64,000 nt of DNA, from positions 1 through 64,000 of the forward strand of contig JAFIQS020000014.1 of NCBI GenBank assembly GCA_017499595.2. The letters run 5' to 3'. Shown piece after piece: positions 1 through 6,348 of this stretch (position 1 is the stretch's first letter; every line of letters begins with the position of its first letter). Under the pieces are notes generated by a model. The model did not search any database and was not told the DNA's origin. It worked only from the letters and a program-made list of their open reading frames with translations. The stretch is from Psilocybe cubensis (taxonomy: Eukaryota). The translations under genes and the position numbers were made by a program.

Positions 1-169
1 TAAACCCTAAACCCTAAACCCTAAACCCTAAACCCTAAACCCTAAACCCTAAACCCTAAACCCTAAACCCTAAACCCTAAACCCTAAACCCTAAACCCTA
101 AACCCTAAACCCTAAACCCTAAACCCTAAACCCTAAACCCTAAACCCTAAACCCTAAACCCTAAACCCT
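1..169 (+). repeat. Terminal telomeric tract (CCCTAAA)n, i.e. TTTAGGG on the G-strand
   Basis: About 24 perfect CCCTAAA heptamers from base 1. Confidence 0.98.
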
Positions 170-236
170 TCTTTCCATTTTAACTCCCAGTTTAAACTAG
201 TCGCTCGCACCTCGCTTCGCTCGGTGCTCGCTCCCC
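168..236 (+). mobile_element. Stub of the extreme 3' end of the Penelope-like element, between two telomere tracts
   Basis: cttctttccattttaactcccagtttaaactagtcgctcgcacc...ctcccccc matches the element 3' end of the variant at 39095-39165. Confidence 0.9.
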
Positions 237-311
237 CCTAAACCCTAAACCCTAAACCCTAAACCCTAAACCCTAAACCCTAAACCCTAAACCCTAAACC
301 CTAAACCCTAA
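236..311 (+). repeat. Interstitial telomeric tract
   Basis: (CCCTAAA)n. Confidence 0.95.
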
Positions 312-810
312 CTTCCGAACGGCATGTGATTGTGAAGGGCCGGATCTAATTTAGTACATGGGAAAAGTTACTTAGTACTTCGGGAAAAGTTCCTTAGTAC
401 CGTGGAAACATTTTTGATGGACCGGATCATGAACTGTCCAATTAAGATTCACAACAATCAATCATTCTATTGTTTGATTGTTAGGTAAGGACCCAGGTAA
501 GCTATTTATACTCTAGACATGTGAATATTCCCATGTCGCGGTTACTCGGAGCCACGTAACCAGAGTAATCTATATCCATGTGATTCACATCACAGTCAAT
601 AACCCACGATGTCAAAGAACAAAAGTGTTGGATCCACTTTTGACAGGTTACCATGTGCCACATCGACCCGTGACACTCTGTTCATCAGAGACCTGTCTAA
701 CTTGACAATAAACATTGACAGATTTGTGATAGTCGGTAAGATACATGACAGCTGCGCAGCATCACTTCACGCGCTGTCATCGGATGTCTAGAACATTCCT
801 TCTAAGAATA

Positions 811-1802
811 GCCACTGAAGAGTCTATAAAGACGAAAGGGCTGGTTGTTGGGATCCCCCAACAGCCCTCAAGTACTCGTCCTCTCCCAAACTCCTGCCGC
901 TTGTGCCTTCCCAACTCATCCGGGAGCCCTTTCGTCACTGATCTTGCCCTTGACTCGGGGACGTTTCATCGACATGTTGGCTGCCTCACGGCAAGCGGGG
1001 CCCTTTTTCTTTCACTCGCTCACGCCTTCTATGTTGGGTTACGGAGGTCATACAAACTCGTTTTAGTCTAGCTGCGGGGATATCCAGCTATGATGACTTT
1101 GTAATTCGAGGGCGCGCAGTTCTTCAATGGGTATGGACATCAGGTGAGAGTACACTGGGGGTTGTCAGGACCAGCTCTGCTGGATACGCTCCTGGCAAGT
1201 CGGTTGCAGCCGGCGACACTACCGAATTGCTGGGACGTCCTAAAGCTTGTGGGTACCGCCGACCGCTGGAAACAGCCTAGGCACCGGTGGCGACCGGGTA
1301 TGGTAACAATCCCCAAGATTCAGCGAAAGCTGGAATGGATAATCAGCAGCGAATCCGTAACGGTCACGCCGACGGAAGCGTTCAACGACTAGGTGGTAGT
1401 GGGGTCTTCGGATCTTAAGATATAGTCTTGGGAGTGGGGAAACCCACATCTGGTATCTAAACCGCGCCTCGCTGCTTACGAGGACGGCCCGAAGTCCAGA
1501 ACCGCTTAAAACGCGGGTGACCCGGCCTCCCCTTAGTAAAGGGAGTTAACACAAGGATGGACAAATAGTTCGTCGCCGGAAATGAACCTGTGGCTGTAAT
1601 GGCTGATGTGGCGCCCCTTGGTAAAGGGCTTAAAGGGTATTAGCCTGCCATGTCCAATGGCATGAGAGTGTCCCTTGGTAAAGGACTTAATAGGCAATAG
1701 CCTGCTCTTTTGTCATGAGCGGTATGTAGTGATCGTTTGCCTGTACGGTAGCGCCCATTGCTTGCACTGGTCCACGCCCGTAAAAAATCACGAGCCGCTG
1801 GC
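811..1802 (+). ncRNA. Type I hammerhead ribozyme split by a group I intron (exon halves 811-868 and 1798-1802)
   Basis: gcca-CTGAAGA-gtct ataa agac-GAAA-gggctg...cagcccT | insertion | Ctggc; joining 868 to 1798 regenerates the intact copy at 6157-6219. Confidence 0.9.
869..1797 (+). ncRNA. Group I intron (IC1-like), 929 nt, no homing endonuclease ORF
   Basis: P element AATTGCTGGG (~1225), Q AATCAGCAGC (~1341), R GTTCAACGACTA (~1380), S AAGATATAGTC (~1417); P3 cactacc/ggtagtg; P7 gacta/tagtc; P8 gggtc-ttcg-gatct; P9 gtggg-gaaa-cccac; 5' exon ends in U868, intron ends in G1797; IGS gggggttgt (1157-1165) pairs with acagccctc (861-869). Confidence 0.9.
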
Positions 1803-1911
1803 CTTCTTTCTATTTCAAACTCACAGTTTAAACTAGTCGCTCGCACCTCGCTTCGCTCGGTGCTCGCTCCCCCCCTAAACCCAACGACTTTGCTATCACC
1901 CATCAGTTACC

Positions 1912-3070
1912 ATGTCATCCCAATACTCTGCTGCATTCTCTCGTGCCATGTCCCCTACCCTGGACGCACTCACCCAGGCCGTCGTCAACAACACTGTCTT
2001 CGGCGTCAACGATGAAGCAGGCCGCCATAACGCTCTTATCGACGAGCTGGCCACTGTGGTCATCAAAAAAATAGCTGAGTGCCGCTCCGTTGACCAAGTC
2101 ATAGACTGCGTCTTTTTTGACTATCGTGCTGCCCTCAGGGAGTTTCTCCTCAACCTCGCATCGTGGTGCGACAAGAGGGAAACAGTCAAGGCTAGCCTCG
2201 AGCGCCTTGAATCTGCCGTTAGCGCAGGCAACACGCCCAATCGCCTTAAGGTGAAGGCACCCGAGTTCCAACTTACGAAGGAATTCGCGGATGCCGGGTC
2301 AGCGGAGGCTCTTCGAGTCTCCACTACGTTCTCTTCCGCTCGTGATGCCTTCCAAAAGGCAATTAACGACGGCGCCGTTCAGGCGAAAAAGGACGAGCTG
2401 GCTTTTTGGGATGATAAATGCGCGCTCAACTCTTGCTACGAAGCTGCTGCCCTCATCGTTAAGGCAACTTACGATGATCGCAAATCCAGCTACAAGCTCC
2501 CTGTTTTCTCTACAGACAACAAGGGAGTTCGACGTATAGCAGAGTGGGTAGTGTCTCCGCAAAAGAAAGCCGAATGCAGTGCGCTGCAAACTATACTGCC
2601 GGCGATCTTTTCTCATATCAAACAGATTGTCAACATGCGCCACCGCGCCTTGGCAATTAAGATTGAGAAAAAGCGGACGACTGCGGCAACAGCCGATGTC
2701 GAGATGGCCGATGCGACCAAACCAGGTCCATCGATTCAATCCCTTATTGATAAGGGCTTGAATGCACGTCTCAAAAAGCTCAACCTTGGATCTGTGGGCA
2801 AGAAGGCAAGTTTTCGTAACCCTTCACCCATAATTCTGGACACTAATTATTACTCTAATTACCCAGACTTTGTCTGGCCAGAATTCGTCCAAGGCTCCTC
2901 AACCTCAGGCCAGGAAAGCTGGCCCTTCGAAACCCAAGTCGTCGTCGACGCCTTCGCAGAGGAAGCCTCAAACCAAGGCTTCCAACAAGGTCGACAACAA
3001 GAAGAAAGGGAAGGGGAGAGCTCCCGTCAAGAACAACGATCCAAAGGGAAAGGGAAAGGCAAGAGCCTAG
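1912..3070 (+). CDS. Predicted spliced ORF1 protein (join 1912-2805, 2867-3070; 365 aa) with Lys-rich C-terminal tail
   Basis: Spliced frame reads ...VGKK-TLSGQNSSKAPQPQ...KKKGKGRAPVKNNDPKGKGKARA*; open in all 7 copies. Confidence 0.65.
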
Positions 3071-5445
3071 ACGCGCGGTCTACTGTAGCATCATTTACGT
3101 CGGTGAGACCCGCCTTCCCCAACTCTATTCCTGACGATATACTCACCATGACTAAAACAGACGCAGTTTCTTTTGTACACCTCAATACCCCGATTTCATT
3201 CTTATTGGCTGGCCAGTATAGATCTAGTGTACACTGTAGTCCTGGTGTTTCGGTCCCTGTTGATGTAGCAAATGATTTATCTCTTGGACTCAATTATATG
3301 TTTTTTACACTGCCTTCTAAAAATCTGATCATGCAAGCATGGAATGATTTTCAACGAAGAATAAGATGGCGTATCTATTTTTTGTTTAAAGAAGGCATGA
3401 ATAAACCTTTCGATCCAGACTATGGAGTAAGCTCTAAAAAGAAAGAGAAACCTCCAATGTTACCGCAATTTATGGAACTTGGCCTTTCAATGGGACGTCG
3501 GTACGTTATTAAAACGATCGCAAGTATCCCGGAAGAAGCCCTTAAAGAGATGCGAAAGCACGCGTTCTCTCCTAAAAGGGACAAGATCCAAAAGTTTCTT
3601 TTCGATAACAACTATGTTATTACGATGACAGATAAGAATCTTGGCCTCGCGGTGTCTGAACGCGACTGGATATTAAGGAATGAGCTCAATCTTCTTGAAG
3701 ATGAACGCAACTACGAAGAGTTAGAATTCGAAGTTGCGCAAGAAGTTATGAAGAGCAAAATGATTCAGATGCAAACTCTCGCACGTACCGTCGAAGATGA
3801 ACATCTGTTTCTATTTGAACTTGGGTTGTCTCGATTCTTTCTATCGAATGTACCGGAAGACGGATCATCGTTCAAGTATCCTCAATTTCATGGTATACCT
3901 AAAATCCACAAGAAACCTACTGGATTTAGGCCCATAATTCCGTGTCACTCTGTAGTATTTAATCCTGCAGCCAAGTTTGTATCAAAAGAGCTTAAGCCGA
4001 TTATTAAATCGACTCCTTCAATCATTCACGGAACGAAGGATCTCTTTACGAGATTAAGCCAATTGCGTATAGACCCCAAACGACAATGGTATTTTGTCAC
4101 CGGGGATGTAGTTGCTTTCTATCCCAATATTCCGTTGGACTTGTGCATCGAAATCGTTTGTAATATGTACGAGGAATGGTTACTCAACGCTTCGGAAGAG
4201 AACACTGCATTAGCCCATATTAATCCAAATTCGTTAGAGAATAACTTGGTTAAATTGGGCATCTTTAAACGTGCTATCGAGATTGGCAATACGCAATTGA
4301 TAACACAACATGGGTCTAGATATTTTAGACAAAAAAATGGCCTCGCAATGGGCGTCGCGGATTCTCCGGACCTTGCTAACCTCTTTGGAGCCCATTTTGA
4401 AATAAAGTCAAAAATCTTAGACCACCCAAACGTGGCCTTCTATGGAAGGTACATCGACGATTGTTTCGCAATTGTTTACGCCGAGTCCGAAGCACTTGCA
4501 CTTAATCTTATTAAAGAAACAATAAAGTTCGATGGTTGTGTTATCGAATGGGCTGTTTCCTCGTCGGGATGTCAATTTCTCGATGCTTTCATATTCAAGG
4601 AGTCTGGAAAACTTCATTGGAAGCCATTTGTCAAGACAGGAAACAACCGAGAACGAGTTCCATGGGTATCACATCATCCTTTGGACGTCAAACGTGGCGT
4701 CTACATTGGAGAGTTATCCAGGTTAGCCGTGCTATGTAGTACTAAGGAAATCTACATCGGAGCAATTAGAGACCTTAACGCTCTCTATTTGATGCGCGGT
4801 TATCCCGAAAACCTAGTCATGTCTTGGTGTAAGAAGAATATACAAGAACGTTGGGAAAAGCGATTCGCTTTACGAGTCGCAGAGCACGACGAATCCATTC
4901 TTGTACTTAAAACCAGATTTGATCAGGTATGGAATTGGTTTTCAGCTGCTGAACTTGGAAAGACTGTTACCGAGTACTGGTCGGCATGGTATGAACATGC
5001 CGAGAAAGGTCTGTATAGTGCAGACTCGTCCAGACCCCTTATCAAACCAGATCCAAATTACGTTCACGACCTCGATGATGTTCGCCCGGAGCTGTTCACA
5101 CAGATCCTCGTGGACGGAGAAACTGAGTTCGTACCGGATTTGAGGAAGATAGGACTACTCGGAAGTCGTTGGATAGTATCGCGAAAGCGCAATACTAATC
5201 TTTTCGACCTTGCAAATGTGTGGAAGAAAACAGTCTTTCGTAAACTGGATGAAAACATCGCTGAAAAAGGTGGTGTTGTTCCCGAAACTCAAAACGTTAA
5301 TGAAACTTATCATTCTGCTCTAGTTGAAGCTGCTGAACAGATAAGTATCGAAAGTGATAACGAGATAATACTTCATAGACGTTCAATCTCACAAGAGAGG
5401 GAACATCCAGAATTCGGCAGAATATCCAAATTTTACAACCGATGA
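1912..5445 (+). CDS. Penelope-like element ORF1-reverse transcriptase polyprotein (1177 aa), no GIY-YIG endonuclease
   Basis: PLE-type RT motifs FHGIPKIHKKPTGFRPII, TGDVVAFYPNIP, RQKNGLAMGVADSPDLANLF, YGRYIDD, QFLD; helical/coiled-coil-like N-terminus; no GIY-YIG seen at the C-terminus. Confidence 0.95.
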   Translation: MSSQYSAAFSRAMSPTLDALTQAVVNNTVFGVNDEAGRHNALIDELATVVIKKIAECRSVDQVIDCVFFDYRAALREFLLNLASWCDKRETVKASLERLESAVSAGNTPNRLKVKAPEFQLTKEFADAGSAEALRVSTTFSSARDAFQKAINDGAVQAKKDELAFWDDKCALNSCYEAAALIVKATYDDRKSSYKLPVFSTDNKGVRRIAEWVVSPQKKAECSALQTILPAIFSHIKQIVNMRHRALAIKIEKKRTTAATADVEMADATKPGPSIQSLIDKGLNARLKKLNLGSVGKKASFRNPSPIILDTNYYSNYPDFVWPEFVQGSSTSGQESWPFETQVVVDAFAEEASNQGFQQGRQQEEREGESSRQEQRSKGKGKGKSLDARSTVASFTSVRPAFPNSIPDDILTMTKTDAVSFVHLNTPISFLLAGQYRSSVHCSPGVSVPVDVANDLSLGLNYMFFTLPSKNLIMQAWNDFQRRIRWRIYFLFKEGMNKPFDPDYGVSSKKKEKPPMLPQFMELGLSMGRRYVIKTIASIPEEALKEMRKHAFSPKRDKIQKFLFDNNYVITMTDKNLGLAVSERDWILRNELNLLEDERNYEELEFEVAQEVMKSKMIQMQTLARTVEDEHLFLFELGLSRFFLSNVPEDGSSFKYPQFHGIPKIHKKPTGFRPIIPCHSVVFNPAAKFVSKELKPIIKSTPSIIHGTKDLFTRLSQLRIDPKRQWYFVTGDVVAFYPNIPLDLCIEIVCNMYEEWLLNASEENTALAHINPNSLENNLVKLGIFKRAIEIGNTQLITQHGSRYFRQKNGLAMGVADSPDLANLFGAHFEIKSKILDHPNVAFYGRYIDDCFAIVYAESEALALNLIKETIKFDGCVIEWAVSSSGCQFLDAFIFKESGKLHWKPFVKTGNNRERVPWVSHHPLDVKRGVYIGELSRLAVLCSTKEIYIGAIRDLNALYLMRGYPENLVMSWCKKNIQERWEKRFALRVAEHDESILVLKTRFDQVWNWFSAAELGKTVTEYWSAWYEHAEKGLYSADSSRPLIKPDPNYVHDLDDVRPELFTQILVDGETEFVPDLRKIGLLGSRWIVSRKRNTNLFDLANVWKKTVFRKLDENIAEKGGVVPETQNVNETYHSALVEAAEQISIESDNEIILHRRSISQEREHPEFGRISKFYNR
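2806..2866 (+). other. Putative 61-nt GC-AG spliceosomal intron inside the ORF (also 7465-7525, 12608-12668, 17660-17720, 25246-25306, 30368-30428, 35675-35735)
   Basis: AAG|GCAAGT donor, CTAAT branch motifs, CCCAG| acceptor, AT-rich; removal joins codon 298 to the +1 frame ORF ending at 3070. Confidence 0.7.
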
Positions 5446-5555
5446 AAAGAATACTAGCGCGTAAGGCGTAAAGCATTAGAAAAAAACCCTAACCGTAAGT
5501 ATTCCTTGCTATAAAGTAACAAACATCTACTTACAAGCAACACTTTGGATTAAAT

Positions 5556-5630
5556 AGCTAAACCTAAACCCTAAACCCTAAACCCTAAACCCTAACCTAA
5601 CCCCAACCCTAAGCTAACTAAGTCTAACCT
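5556..5630 (+). repeat. Element-encoded degenerate reverse telomeric repeats in the 3' UTR (present in every unit)
   Basis: gctaaacctaaaccctaaaccctaaaccctaaaccctaacctaaccccaaccctaagctaactaag. Confidence 0.9.
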
Positions 5631-6156
5631 TAGTAGGAAGTAAGGTAGGCGTGTGAACTTCCGAACGGCATGTGATTGTGAAGGGCCGGATCTAATTTAG
5701 TACATGGGAAAAGTTACTTAGTACTTCGGGAAAAGTTCCTTAGTACCGTGGAAACATTTTTGATGGACCGGATCATGAACTGTCCAATTAAGATTCACAA
5801 CAATCAATCATTCTATTGTTTGATTGTTAGGTAAGGACCCAGGTAAGCTATTTATACTCTAGACATGTGAATATTCCCATGTCGCGGTTACTCGGAGCCA
5901 CGTAACCAGAGTAATCTATATCCATGTGATTCACATCACAGTCAATAACCCACGATGTCAAAGAACAAAAGTGTTGGATCCACTTTTGACAGGTTACCAT
6001 GTGCCACATCGACCCGTGACACTCTGTTCATCAGAGACCTGTCTAACTTGACAATAAACATTGACAGATTTGTGATAGTCGGTAAGATACATGACAGCTG
6101 CGCAGCATCACTTCACGCGCTGTCATCGGATGTCTAGAACATTCCTTCTAAGAATA

Positions 6157-6219
6157 GCCACTGAAGAGTCTATAAAGACGAAAGGGCTGGTTGTTGGGAT
6201 CCCCCAACAGCCCTCTGGC
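6157..6219 (+). ncRNA. Type I hammerhead ribozyme, intact (predicted cleavage after C6215)
   Basis: Helix I gcca/tggc, CUGAAGA, helix II gtct/agac, GAAA, helix III gggctg/cagccc, CUC triplet. Other intact copies start at 6399, 10816, 15962, 16596, 21007, 23449, 24182, 28593, 29304, 33714, 34611, 39033. Confidence 0.92.
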
Positions 6220-6290
6220 CTTCTTTCTATTTCAAACTCACAGTTTAAACTAGTCGCTCGCACCTCGCTTCGCTCGGTGCTCGCTCCCAC

Positions 6291-6348
6291 CCTAAACCCT
6301 AAACCCTAAACCCTAAACCCTAAAACCTAAACCCTAAACCCTAAACCC
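6291..6348 (+). repeat. Interstitial telomeric tract between units 1 and 2
   Basis: (CCCTAAA)n with one variant. Confidence 0.93.

Larger units (their letters stand above)
310..6295 (+). mobile_element. Coprina/Athena-type EN-less Penelope-like retroelement, unit 1 (5' pLTR with group I intron, ORF, 3' pLTR)
   Basis: Direct terminal repeats (310-1882 minus the intron vs about 5656-6295), RT ORF, telomere tracts on both sides. Confidence 0.92.

Noticed and set aside
609-791. 60-65 aa ORF MSKNKSVGST... repeated in every pLTR
   Set aside because: Recurs only because the pLTR is repeated; its stop shifts with an indel between variants; it overlaps hairpins and has no recognisable domain
915-945. 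Possible minus-strand hammerhead (gacgaaagggctcccggatgag)
   Set aside because: No intact CUGANGA box or closing helices; better explained as antisense to the plus-strand hammerhead
745-1903. Short ORFs within the 929-nt insertion as a possible homing endonuclease
   Set aside because: All are under 110 aa, lack LAGLIDADG, His-Cys, GIY-YIG and HNH motifs, and some overlap the ribozyme core
1915-2739. Antisense ORFs of 118-147 aa opposite ORF1
   Set aside because: Boundaries vary between copies; likely shadows of the sense-strand codon pattern
1912-5445. RT as telomerase (TERT), group II intron/retron RT, or LINE/LTR pol
   Set aside because: Motifs and multicopy telomeric pLTR architecture fit Penelope-like RTs; no TERT T/CP motifs, APE, RNase H or integrase seen
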